A DNA stretch of 64,000 nt from Lytechinus pictus (Eukaryota), in NCBI RefSeq assembly GCF_037042905.1, contig NC_087251.1, positions 23,810,001 through 23,874,000 on the forward strand, given 5' to 3'. The notes under the pieces are model-generated. The model saw only the letters and a program-made list of their open reading frames with translations, did no database searches and was not told the origin of the DNA. Within the stretch, counting starts at the first letter, position 1, and every line of letters starts with the position of its first letter. Shown piece by piece: positions 1-11,962 of this stretch. The position numbers were made by a program, and so were the translations under genes.

Positions 1-47
1 TATAATATGTATATCAACTGAATTTGGTAAACCTCTCATGACCCTAT

Positions 48-1104
48 GGCCCGTATTCTGAAGTCAGGTTTAACTAAGACCATGGTCTAACTCTGTGCTA
101 AAATTATGGGAAGCCAAAAGTGTCAAAATTTTTATTAAGTTGCATGTTTCTTATACCATGGACCTATGAAAAGATGGACGATTAACGCGAGCATTTCTTT
201 GACCCAATGATAGTCACCGTCACCTGGTTATGCGCATCTTAATGAGAACATACAGGTGTTGTAACAATAGCAATTACCATGACTACCAAGGGTATCTGAT
301 CACTCAAAGACGGAACAGTTTCCCGGTCTTGACTTTTGTTGGCTGATCCCCTGTTTCAGTATGTGCCTTTCAGTCAATTTGCTTCATATATGGATCAGCA
401 AACTTGAGAAGCAGACGATTTTTATGATATAAAATATGATATTATTCGATCCGCTAACTACCGCTCACACATAAGGACCTCAATAACATTGAAAGATACA
501 CGATCTACACATGTTATGTGCCACGTATATCTGGAATATTATGGAGAAACTTGGGAAAATTGAATTTTAAATGGTAAACAATCAATCACAATATTGCCTC
601 TATATTAAAATATGCAGACATTTCCCCAAATAAAACACATGGAACTAAGATTAACAAAGGTAAACAAAAACTGCACATCGATTATCCATTATTTCATTGA
701 TTTTCTATCAACTGCGCATATAATTTGTGAAATATAAATGTCCAATAACGAACTAATTCAGTCCCTTCTCACGGTGACGATCATAGGACCAAAGAAGACT
801 AGTATGAAGAGAATGTTATTCAGATGACAATTACCGTCACCTGTTTGTGAATTCATTATCTAAGCGATGAATGTCCATCTCTTCATAGGTCCATGCTTAT
901 ACTAACTGTGCTCTTTCCTGATTCATCGATGGTGAAGGCAATAATCTATTTATACTTCCTAGACAATTACGAATGATTTGAGAGCCAAATGAGCTGAAAT
1001 AGTATATCTCTACTGTTAGTGATTTATGTAACAATTGGCTGTCCATATTTAAACCACAACTTTAAACCTGGGTTTAAGTTAAACCCGACTTCAGAATACG
1101 GGCC
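48..1104. mobile_element. Non-autonomous DNA transposon (PIF/Harbinger-like MITE), interrupted by a nested element
   Basis: Terminal inverted repeat GGCCCGTATTCTGAAGTC(A/G)GGTTTAACT at both ends; 3-bp duplication TAT at 45-47 and 1105-1107; no ORF. Superfamily inferred from the 3-bp TSD and GGCCC terminus. Confidence 0.8.
157..895. mobile_element. Nested MITE with 23-bp TIR and 7-bp TSD (P-like or hAT-like)
   Basis: TIR CATGGACCTATGAA(A/G)AGATGGAC (157-179 / 873-895, 22 of 23 match); exact flanking duplication CTTATAC at 150-156 and 896-902. Confidence 0.85.
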
Positions 1105-1294
1105 TATGACATTTTAAGGGTGCACATCCACGATCATGTCTAGACAATCTTTTTGTGTTGCTTGCAGATGAGAAATTGTTATTTCATACTCTCTCCCTAG
1201 CACTATGCAGAGCAACCCTGTTCATACCGGCTAGCTACATGTACATGTACCTTATCCAAGGATGTGAGGTTTGGATCGAAACATTGCACGTACA

Positions 1295-1674
1295 CAGACC
1301 TGCCAACCTCTGGGAATGAAAAAGTGTTTTCTGTGATAAAAAAAAGGTGTATTTTTCCCCAAAAAGGTGTATTTCATAATAAAATGCGTGGCACACTGGC
1401 TCATCGCGGCGCTCAAGCTGCATGCAAGCTAAAATGCGCACTGCTCTTGCAGATGAAAAAAAACAATTTGAACATTGTATATCTCAACCTGGTTTTAACA
1501 AAATGATTGAAAAAAAAAAAAGTTACCTGAAATAACATTAATCTAATAACCATATTTGTGTAAGTCTTATGAAATAGAGACATATAGAGATTATTTTTTT
1601 TAAATTAATTATGATTTTGTAAAAAAAAAAAAAACGTACTAAATACACCAAAAACGTACTGGTTGGCAGGTCTG
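1295..1674. mobile_element. hAT-like MITE with 6-bp TSD (same family as 63261-63749)
   Basis: TIR CAGACCTGCCAACC / GGTTGGCAGGTCTG; duplication CGTACA at 1289-1294 and 1675-1680; body closely similar to 63360-63749. Confidence 0.85.
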
Positions 1675-1916
1675 CGTACATACACCACTAAATGCCTACT
1701 CCTCAAATGGACACAACCCTGTTCACACTTGATACCTTATCCGATGGTGTAAGGTTTGGATCAGAACATTGCTTAATCGATCTTCATACATACACATACA
1801 CCACCTTCATAATGTACGCTTATACTCCTTCCCAAGCGGATAAAACCCTGTTCACACTTGATACCTTATCCGAGGTTGTAAGGTTTGGATCAGAACATTG
1901 CAAAATTGATCTTCAT

Positions 1917-2101
1917 CAGGGGTGTGAGTGGTCACAAATAAAAAGATCTGAAAAAAGCTGAAGAGTGTTGAAAAAGTCTGAAGTAGAAAGAGCTCCCATA
2001 CTTTTTGTACAGAGGAAGGCCAAAAATAAGCTGAAATTAAGCTGAAAATCAAAACAAAAAAAATCTTAAATCAGATAAAAATCTGAACTCTCACACCCCT
2101 G
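1917..2101. mobile_element. Short hAT-like MITE
   Basis: TIR CAGGGGTGTGAG / CTCACACCCCTG; flanks CTTCAT / ATTCAT (5 of 6 match); interrupts a tandem-repeat unit that resumes after it. Confidence 0.75.
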
Positions 2102-3322
2102 ATTCATATACCACCTTCATAGTGTTTGCCTACTCCTTCTCAAGCAGCTACAACCCTGTTTAATACTTGATAACTTATCCATGGTTGTGAGGTTTGGAAC
2201 TTTTGAACATTGCATAATAGATCTACATAATGCATACATGTACATCGCATTCATAATGTACTCCTTCCCTAGCAGAAACGACCCTTATCATACTTTATCA
2301 AGCCAAATATAATTAAATTATTAATAACCATTGTGACATCATAAAGTCTAAGCAAAATAAGGCACAATCAACAGCATGTAGGTCAATGACTGCACATAAG
2401 TGTATACACTGAGATTTAAGTAAAATACTAACCCCTCCCCCCCAACAAAAAAAAAAAAAAAAAATAACTAAATAAATAAATAAATAATAAACAAATAACT
2501 CAATCAATCAATAAAACAAATAAATCAATCAATCAATAAAAATAAATAAAAAGTAGATAAATAATAATTAAAATAAATAAATTATACTAATAAAATACCA
2601 AAAAAATTATGATAAATATGGTTATCATTTAATTTAAACAAAATACTGAGTAAAATATCAAACATTCAGATAATATTCCCTCTTTTGAGAAAAGTGGCCT
2701 TTCCCAAAAAACATTGAAATTCAAGGCCTGCCTCATATTTAATGGCATTTAAATGAGGGCCTTTCTGCTCTGCACATATGTTCTTTTATATAATCATGGT
2801 TTGTCTAGATAAAGTATGTAAGGATATTTCTGCATTTCAGTTGAGATGTGTACGAATCCAGGATTTGAGAAGGATGAACTGCTACTTGCAAGTGAAATTT
2901 CAAATATAGAAACCTGTACCTGATATCAAACCGAAAGAGGATGTTGCTGCTTGCAAATGGTCACCTAATTATAATATAATACTAACTATCGGTGCGATGG
3001 CACTTATCAAGCAAAGAGCTGCAATCACACAATATTTCCCAATTTCAACAGATAATAAGCAACATATTCTAATAAATGTCAAGTCTTTTTTTTCATGAAT
3101 TTCTACCAGAACTATATAAAGAAAAGCATGTTTTGAGATTCTGATGAAATTGAATATAATCTGTCCCCTCATACCCAACAGTGATAAACTTTATGTCTCA
3201 CTCCACTGGAGCAGTGGATAAATTTTGTATAAAAATTACACAAGAGCCTCCTTAAAACTCCTTATTCATATATGTAGTTGGTGTAAGAAATATACAAACA
3301 TGTACATCTAGGCATTCCAAAC

Positions 3323-4345
3323 TAATTGCATTGACGCCCACTGGCGACAATGCATTGTTCTTGTTCCGTATTCCTATTCCGTCGTCTTCTTCTTCTTCTT
3401 CTTCTGCTTCTTCCACAAAATCCCATTTGTTTAACACATGGTGTTTGTTAGCTCTGCCCTGGCTCCGTCCCTCATCCAAATTCATCCAAACTTGGTAGAC
3501 ATGTTGTCCAGCATCCCTAGTTGTGCCCCTCGTCTTCCTTTTTTCAAAATAACTCATGCATGACCATCTAGGCGCCATTTTGTAAATTTCAAGTCCATTT
3601 GCATACCATTACTAATCTCGTCCTAACTCCCGCATCCTGCATTCTACAGACTTTTAACAAATTGCTATAGATAGTCAAAGAGTTGTTCCATCATTTGCGA
3701 CGTATAACCTGACCTTCAAAATGCCATCTTCATGCCCTAAATTCAAATCCGAAATAGCCTTCCTTCAAAAACGTCATATTTATTGAAATGTAAAGTCAAA
3801 AAATCGTAAAATGGCCATAACTTTCTTGTTTTTATTCATTTCGAGCTCATATTTTCAGGAATTGATACTGGTACCATATCATACATAGGAATTAGTTTTC
3901 ACGCATCACTAAATTTCCGTTACTGAAATAGCGCCCTCTAAAGTTTCAAAAACGCTTATCTTTGAATGCTCCTCATTGCGTCATGCATGGCCAAACCCGT
4001 ACCCTTTTTTAGATTTAGGGTGTTCAAGATATGCCCTTTCATGCCATTTAGAAAAAAATATACCTTACCACTGACGAAATATCTGAAAAATGCTCCCGAA
4101 AATCAGCAAAATTCGCAAAAATGCACTATAATGCCAGCACAACTTGAACTTGTTCTTATTTCGAAGCGAAACTTTGAAATGTCATAACTTTCTCTTTTTA
4201 CATCCGAATTTGATGAAATTTTCAGCATTGTGCTTGTCTGATTTTTCCCTATTGATTCCAATCACATTTTTATGAGGTGGACTTGACCTTTCAATCAGAC
4301 GCGTCAATGCATGCACATCGTTCTGAAACGATTGCAGTTCTAGTT
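3323..4345 (+). mobile_element. Non-autonomous Helentron/DINE-1-like rolling-circle element
   Basis: Subterminal IR TGCATTGACGC (3327-3337) / GCGTCAATGCA (4301-4311); second near-inverted copy at 3344-3354; (TTC)n microsatellite near 3386-3412; 3' hairpin 4312-4336; CTAG-TT end at 4340-4345. Confidence 0.65.
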
Positions 4346-4644
4346 GTTAATTTGCCATTCAAATAAAGACAGGTGCAACCCTTATAAAGGCATGCCTCTA
4401 ATCCAGGATAGCCACAGAAATATCTAAACAAATATTGGGGGGAAAATATCATAGCAAAATCCAATTTTTAAGCACAGAAAATTACAATTTTTAAGCACAG
4501 AAAATTACAATTTTTCTTCCCATTTTGTTTATCAACTTGTCCCCATTATAACATCTTACCATGATATTAATAAACTACCCTTTTAAATATTTATTTTTTG
4601 TGGACAGCAATATACTCACACCCTACAATTAAAAATGTACCCAC

Positions 4645-4787
4645 CTGTTGTAAAGATGCTAGTTCTATGCTGTCTAATGACGAGCTGATAGTTGGATTGA
4701 TAGCTGATACCAAAGCTGCTACCTCCATGTGTCTTGTACACACCACAGGAAAACCATTCAAATATAACCAACTCTTCTCTGTGATAC
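4645..4787 (-). CDS. MEN1: Menin, third coding exon (GITEKSWLYLNGFPVVCTRHMEVAALVSAINPTISSSLDSIELASLQQ)
   Basis: Menin SWLYL...AINP motif; acceptor TACAG, donor CAG|GTGGGT; 143 nt, phase 1 to 0. The gene continues toward lower coordinates; the next exon was not found in the window. Confidence 0.95.
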
Positions 4788-6231
4788 CTGTACAGAATTT
4801 GATACAAAAATTGAAGAAGAAAAAAAGCACAGACAAGTGATACATGAAATATTTCTAAAACATATTCTAGACAAAACCTGATGGTAAAAACAAAATTAAA
4901 CAAAAAAGAATAAGAAAAGGCAATGGGAATAAACTCAAATTCAATGTACAAGGGACACATTTTTTTTAAAAGGGATATGAACATCCATGTCAAATATTTT
5001 GGAGCAATAGTTTTGCATTCATACAAATTTTGCTCAGTTTTAGACTTGATTTTTTCAAAATCATGCTTTGCATGATAAATACTACAATGATTGTTTTTAC
5101 AATACAGGCTAAGTATAAGTCTAACTTGAGTTTAAGTGCTGGTACATGTAGGATGGTGATTGTTTGTTACACACATTACCTGGAGAGTAGATCATGAATA
5201 GAAAGAGGCCGACACAATTAGGACTATGGCAGAAAACACCCTCTAATTACATGTATACTCTTGTGAAAAACAAAAACCTATAACAGGGCATAAAATAGCA
5301 GACAACTTTTCTTCAAACATTCTTGTACGTTCAATCAGTGTTAAAGATAAATACCAGTTGTGGTAACAATCTCAAAATGAGTTCAAAACAGAATCCAATA
5401 AATTTACCACCCAAGTGTTTGTATGTATATATGTATAAATACAAAATATGTGCCAAGTGGCTCCGGAGTCTGGAAGAAAATGCGTAATTGCTGAGAAATT
5501 AGCAAAATAAGCACGGAATTCCATAAAATGTTGGGTATTTTTCCAAGCAGTATTAATACACTGTCCCACATATGCTCTTCTGTGTTATTGATCATCAGAA
5601 TCATCAGTTTTGAGCTAAGATTTCATGATTTCACAACGATAAGTTTACATTAATGTACCAGATCTATATATATAATATGGTGACAACTAACCTTGATTTA
5701 AAAGACTTTCTCATGAAATAATTGTTTGCTGCAACTACTATCTTTTACCTTGAAACAAATTAACAAAATATGATTCATAATTCGTGCAAAGTAAGCTTTA
5801 CATGTTGGCATATTCTGATGTGTCTCTGATGTTACTGATGTTTTCCCCGCCTGAAAAATTGTATAAAGTCACTTTATTCCTATAAATGAAAGACCATCTA
5901 TTCAGGGGAACTGTGATTACAAATAATTCAAGAGCAGGATGTGGGGAAGCAGAGCTACATGTATCCTGAATACGATGACTATCTTTCCCATGAAAATGTT
6001 TTATGTAGGCGTTGCCTCCGGACTCCTCGAGCACCATTGAACTGGGCTGAGGGGGTGGAGTGCGGAGGATGTACTCTCATCACATCCATAATGATAAGAT
6101 GCGTTAAGAAAAATAAGAAATAATCTTTTATCTAGGTTTGTCTGCACAAGTAAGTCAGATGAGGAATACAGGCTCTCAAAGTGTCCACATCATTTATGTA
6201 GAGGAACAAGTTGGTTTTCCATCCACTTTAA

Positions 6232-6735
6232 AGGTCAAGTTCACCTTAACACCAAGTTGATTTTAATTGAGATAAATCAAACAAGCATAGCACATACAGT
6301 ACATTCATCCAAATTTTATGTCAAATATGAAAGTTGAATACATTTTCAAATTTGGCTGAATTTCACTAAACATATCAACTTGCATGCATGAAACAGGTGA
6401 TATGCAAATCATCCCTCGCTTTTTGTATCTTATGAAAAATACACTTTTTCATTTTATCTAGGTCTTAGAAATTCTTAAGAAGTTGTTGACTGAATCACAA
6501 TACATCTATAGGTAACATGACAGTGCTATATTTACACAAATTATAATAAAACAAATGCTTTTAATTAAACTAAGGAACCCTATGTCACAATTCATTTTTA
6601 TTATTAACAAACAAGAAAAGAGTGAGTGCTTAATGTCATAGGTTAATTCACACATTTGGTATATTGGGAATAACTGTTTATAGAAATTGTTTGTTTTGCT
6701 TAATTGATATTTCCCTTAATGGGTTGACTTGGCCT
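6232..6735. mobile_element. Degenerate Kolobok-like MITE
   Basis: TTAA-AGGTCAAGTTCACC at left, GGGTTGACTTGGCCT-TGAA at right; decayed. Confidence 0.5.
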
Positions 6736-7574
6736 TGAAAGTCTGTATATTCAAATCACATTTTTTTTTCTTTTAAAAATCAAACTATGCATAGGAAATC
6801 TGGTATTTAGCTAACTTACAAAACAAGCAAACGTGCATATTGTACAAGTTTTGGTCAACCTACATACTACTCGGAAACCTCGTCAATGTAAATGCAGCAC
6901 TGTTTTGCTCTAAATGGTAGGAAAGTTCCAGTAAAATGTATGGTCTTAATACAAATGTAAAGCCCACAAACATTTTAATGTATAGTGTTATAGTATTGAG
7001 TTCTGTTGAAATGTTACAATTTTTGCCCAACTTCATTGAAAGACCCACATTCTTGAATGGGACAGGATCAAATTCTGATGAAGCTAACAAAATATTACAA
7101 TTTATGTAGACAAATACACTTTATTCCATTCAATAATTCAAGAATATTCGATAGAATCATTGATTTTGAGATTTATTTCTTTAGGGCTCATTTTATTCAC
7201 CTGGAAGATAAGTCAGATCTAAAATGTAAGATGGAGTTGTAGCCTTGTAGAGCAGGTTAATGAATTCTTCCTTTCCAACAATGCTTAAAGACTCCATCCA
7301 TCCTGGATAGATTTCCCTTTTTTCCCCCAAGTCATAAAAAGGAGCCGAGAACATTAAATAAGGCAAACATCAATGATTCTAAAACTTATACTTGGGTTAT
7401 AATTGACATAGAATGTATTTTTCTGCTTATAATAATGGCAATAATTTCTTTCCTTTGCCATAATGAGACTCTGTATATATGTTCTAACATTGACTGAAAT
7501 TTGAAGAAATCAATCTTTCAGACTCAAGAAGAGGGTAGCATTAGTCATTTTCTTAGAGATTTCAAACTAAATCC

Positions 7575-8700
7575 AACCTCACACAACCTGTGAAATGATA
7601 AAGATAGATTCCTGTTAAAAATACCCTACTCTAAAACCAAAGCAACTCTTTTAGCTATGCAGCTCCGAAACTGTGGAACCAACTTTGCCTTAGAATTAGA
7701 ACGGCCAAATCTATACCTGTTTTCAAAACATTATTGAAGACACATTTGTGTAGGGAAGCGTTTAAGTATTTCATCATTTTTAGTAAGTGTAGGGACAGTG
7801 ATTTTCCGCGATCGCGGAAAACGGACGGAATTCACGGAAAGGGCCTTTTGAAACGGAAAGTGGCATTTCAAACGGAAAATCACGGAAAACGTATTTTCCC
7901 TCAAAATACACAGAATAGCAACAGAAATTACTCCAAAATCACAACAAAATGAGAATATTAAATGGCCACAAAACCCCAGAAAACACGATCTCACTTCGAT
8001 ACTATCATGACAATTCACACATCGTGACTGCACTCGACATCACCACACTCGATTGTACCCCGCACTCGTACCGTACCGGTACCCGCGCGGCCGGCCGGGT
8101 TGGGCTTCACATATGCACACATATCGTTCAACTACACGGTCGTGTGTTGCTGCCCTCTACGTTTTAAGATGTAACAGCACTATATCGTGGTCTTAAAATC
8201 CAAGATGGCGGATTTGCAAAAGCCGTTTACTGATGCTAACGATGTCCAAAAAAACCCAAAATTATCGATGAAATATCATTTCACCGTGAAATAATGCTAA
8301 TAATGTGAAAGGTGAGGATGTATGCATGCTAAATAGGTTTGTAAAAATATTTTATGCACCCGCATAGATCCGATTAGAACGGATTATATTGTGTTGTTGG
8401 TACAGTAGCAGATACAAATTTTGACCAGTGCGAGTGTACCGTACGTGTTGTGATTTTGATATTCATGTGTAAACGGAATTGTCACTTTTCCGTGTGTACA
8501 AAGTCTATGGGGAAACGGAATTTCCGTTTTCTGACATGCTGAAACGGAATTTGAGATTTTCTGAAACGGAAAAGGCAATTTTTTGAAACGGAAAATCACT
8601 GTCCCTATAAGTGTATGAGCGATAGGAGTAACCAAAGCGCAGTAGAGTATAGTGGCTGCGCTATATAAATTTATCATATTATTATTATGATTATTATTAT
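7575..8700 (+). mobile_element. 3' fragment of an L2/CR1-group LINE, split by a MITE
   Basis: 7641-7766 translates SNSFSYAAPKLWNQLCLRIRTAKSIPVFKTLLKTHLCREAFK, a typical L2/CR1 ORF2 C-terminus; after the MITE, stem-loop AGCGCAG/CTGCGCT (8636-8662) and (ATT)n tail. Confidence 0.75.
7790..8607. mobile_element. hAT-like MITE with 6-bp TSD
   Basis: TIR TAGGGACAGTGATTTTCCG / CGGAAAATCACTGTCCCTA; exact duplication TAAGTG at 7784-7789 and 8608-8613; many subterminal AAACGGAA motifs. Confidence 0.85.
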
Positions 8701-8904
8701 AAGTACCGGTAATTTGAAGGAAATAAATAAGGTCAATGTGCAATTCATGGATGTAAAGATATCAAATGTAAATTTTCAGCAACTTTAGTGGAAGATTTGT
8801 TTTTCTTTCCATATTTTGGAAACAGTCAAAAGGTTGACAAAATGGCAAACAGTTACCAGTCTACTTTTAATGGTCGTTTTGACTCCACCCTACTTTCATC
8901 TTAC

Positions 8905-9099
8905 CCATGCTGATAGGCTGCCCTCTTTTGTCCTCATTCCCTTTTCCATGCCAAGTGACCTCAGCAGTCCCTTCTCCTTTCTCTCCAAACACAACCCATG
9001 CATGGTCTTCAGATAGGGCTAGATGTACATCTTTGAAGTTCAGGATCTGACACGCAGCAACCACAGCTAAAGCAACACCAAAACAGTCTAGCTGGTTTC
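8905..9099 (-). CDS. MEN1: Menin, second coding exon ([18 protein letters not shown]...[20 protein letters not shown])
   Basis: Menin motifs [11 protein letters not shown] and [11 protein letters not shown]; acceptor GCTAG, donor G|GTAAGA; 195 nt, phase 1-1. Confidence 0.96.
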
Positions 9100-11191
9100 C
9101 TAGCAAGTGAGGAGTTTAAGAAATTGAAATGACATTTAACATTTTGGTTTTAAAAGCAATCCAATTTAATTGGGGGGAAAGAATGAGGAATATAGCCTAC
9201 CTAAGTTATGATTGACCAACTGTATTTGAAGAGATTAGTTGAATCTTTGATCTACCATCATACTGCAAGACTAGAAATACAAGCATCAGTATAGTTTCAC
9301 ATCGACATTGATTTCTCAATGAAAAATTTTGCACTTGTCGATTAAAGGGGTGTCAAACCAATTAAGAGATGAGACTTAAATCTACATAATTCAGGATTTT
9401 AGAAATTTTTAAAAATTGAATTTTGTCAGCCTTTACAGTCTAGTCCAGATTACATGATAAACTTATACTTTGGGTGAGTGGCCTTGTCTGTGTTATAAGA
9501 CTCACTTATAGCAGCATTGTTGACTTTGTAAAAATTCAAATATTATCAAAAAATCTTTTATTTTCATTTAACCTTTTACATTTTACCATCAAATTTGGAT
9601 GTGAATCAGTCTATTTTAAAGCTTCAATGAATTTTAATGCAATTTACATGTACATGCTTTTGTAAAAATATGAACATGGTAAGTGTCTGTGTGTACATGT
9701 ATTTCACTCAGCCACACACAGAAAACAATGTGTTCGGATTATCTCCCACATACCGAGACATCCCAGGGAATCTGTGTGTGGATATGGGATTGTTCCAGTC
9801 ATTCAAAAATTTTGATTTTCAACTTCCTGTAGCTTCTTTGTGATCAAGCCAATCACTAAAACATTCCTGTGAAGGACATGTGTAATAAACTGGGAAGTTC
9901 TCATTTTCATTGGTCTTTCTTTGGCCATTTCATTCATGACTTTGGATTCTGAAACCAATTAATGTGAGGGGCTATAGCCTCTCTGTGATTGAACCACAGA
10001 ACCACAAATCTCTTAATTATTGACATGTGCTTAGAAAAAATCACTGAAGATAGCCTGTGTAAAAATATTGTTCATATTTGTTCATTTTAAGTGGAATTTG
10101 TGCAGAGCCCTTATAAAGTTTGATCAGTTTCTTTTGGAACCAAGTTTATTTTTCAAACTTTGTAATATATCCCTTGATTGCTTGGTTTGAATTAACAAGA
10201 AACTTTACTTAAGAATAAATGGCTTAAGAATAAATGGCTGAAAAAAACATTCAACAGCCACAACACTTTGGTAAGACTGGAATTATACTAAAGATAATTC
10301 ACAAGGCTTCAGACAGGCTTTGAAATACTTTTATCACACATCAATTATTTTCAATGTTAATTGACCTGAAATCACCTTTTGCCTTGACCAAGTGTCTTAA
10401 AACTATACTCACATATTCACTGATAATTGATAACTAGGCCTGGATCTATATGATTTTTGCTGAATACATTAAAATTCAAAGTATGAAAAGAACATACTTT
10501 AACATTTGGATATTTAACACAAAGTTCATTAAATTGATGCAACATTTGACCTTGAATTTTTGACCAGAAATACAGGCTAAACACTCAGTTCTACTTTATT
10601 ACCAGAAATAGTCTCAATGCACATTTAAGTCAGTTTAGACATTTCTAAAACTTTGCCGGCTGTTGAAGCTGCTGCGGCTGACAAATAAGCAGTGCCCATG
10701 CTCAGCTTCTGCAGGCGAGATTTATTTACTTTCTGACTTTTGACCCAATAGTAATCATGGTAATACTCAATTGTAATATCTGTTAAAAACTTTCTGATTT
10801 AACACTATTTTGCCAAAAGAAATTTGGAAATAGAATTGAATTGCAGAAGATGGATACTCTCTTTATGTTTGATAGTTTGAATTGTCTGATCACAAGCTTA
10901 TTCAAAGACAATAGTTATCCGTGAGTGATTGCCAAGACTTTTCAAACATAACACATCTTCCAAAACTGAAATGCACTTTGAAAATGTTGATTGTGAAATG
11001 TGAATCAAACAGAAACAGTGACCAAGTTTAATCATGGACCTATAGGACCTAGGTCCATGTTTAATCAACATCTCGCTGGGACGCACTTGCCCCGCCCACT
11101 TCGCCCAATCACGTGGAATCGAATTCATATTTTGTCCAAAATTAAAGTAAATTTCGAACCGTCTCAGACTCATGATAGTGCATTTCCTTAC

Positions 11192-11615
11192 CAGTCAAGT
11201 AACTGAAAAGAGATTGCAAGTGGGCCTTGTCTTTGTAGTATGCGCGAGAAAGGGAACTCCAGATAATGTCCGACACCTTTTTCACCATTTCTCGGTTAGC
11301 AAATTCTGATTTGTAGTCGCTCAAGTCGACAGATCCCTTCACTTGTGCCTCGAATTTCGCGCACAATGCCTCAACGTTCGGTAACTCAATGACTGGGAAG
11401 ATGGGTTCAATGCACATGCGGTTCTCATCAGCAGCTTGACCCTGGGACGAAGCACGATTGCTCGTTAAAATGTTTTCCACCATCCCAATAACAACCGAAA
11501 GAATCGTCAAATTCGGTTCATGATCTCCATCCAATTCTGAACGGAATATCTCCAAGATAGCCCGAACACTATCAACGGGGAAGAGCTTCCTCGTTTCATC
11601 ACGGATACCCGCCAT
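11192..11615 (-). CDS. MEN1: Menin, first coding exon (MAGIRDETRKLFP...YYKDKAHLQSLFSYLTG)
   Basis: ATG at 11615; menin N-terminal motifs (KKVSDIIWSSLSR, KDKAHLQSLFS); donor G|GTAAGG; 424 nt. Confidence 0.97.
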
Positions 11616-11640
11616 TGCGAAAAAGTTGATTTACCTGCCT

Positions 11641-11652
11641 TACGCATGCGCA
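11641..11652. promoter_or_regulatory. NRF1/P3A2-like site in the CpG-rich MEN1 promoter region
   Basis: TACGCATGCGCA, 11 of 12 match to TGCGCATGCGCA, about 25 nt upstream of the ATG; a second GCGCA half-site near 11691. Confidence 0.5.
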
Positions 11653-11864
11653 TTACAGGATGTCGAGAGATGCGGAATGAAAATTATCATGCGCAGTGCA
11701 GTGTCACTTTACTTGAATAATATGACGACGTTCATATCCCGTGTTTACATCGTTCTCTCACCATTCGAATCGCAAAAAAGGGTGACCAAGCTCTCTAATA
11801 AATGTTTAACAAATGCAAAATATAGTGGAATAAAAGACAAATTATCATCTTAGTGGCCTTATCC

Positions 11865-11962
11865 TGGGTCGTAATATGGGTCCTTGGGGCCTGGGAGGCC
11901 CTTCGGGAGGCACTACTTGGAGGTAATGTGCATCCAGCAAGGGGTCCAATTCTCGACTCACA
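11865..11962 (+). ncRNA. Candidate structured RNA of unknown family
   Basis: About 20-bp interrupted basal stem whose G-U pairs work only on the plus strand, internal hairpins including C(UUCG)G, followed by ACA-ATTTT. I could not match it by eye to U snRNAs, RNase P/MRP, SRP or tRNA. Confidence 0.3.

Larger units (their letters stand above)
1213..2300. repeat. Degenerate tandem repeat, unit about 120-130 bp, about 4-5 copies, interrupted by two MITEs
   Basis: Recurring AACCCTGTTCACACTTGATACCTTATCC...AGGTTTGGATCAGAACATTGC core near 1214, 1715, 1844 and 2152. Confidence 0.8.

Noticed and set aside
1213..2300. CRISPR-like repeat-spacer array
   Set aside because: Eukaryotic context; the intervening segments are homologous to each other; no cas genes.
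3252..3578. 108-aa ORF with an acidic run
   Set aside because: Antisense reading of the (TTC)n microsatellite inside the Helentron-like element.
1..4644. Next MEN1 exon (LLWLLYD-like)
   Set aside because: Searched by eye on the minus strand and not found; probably outside the window.
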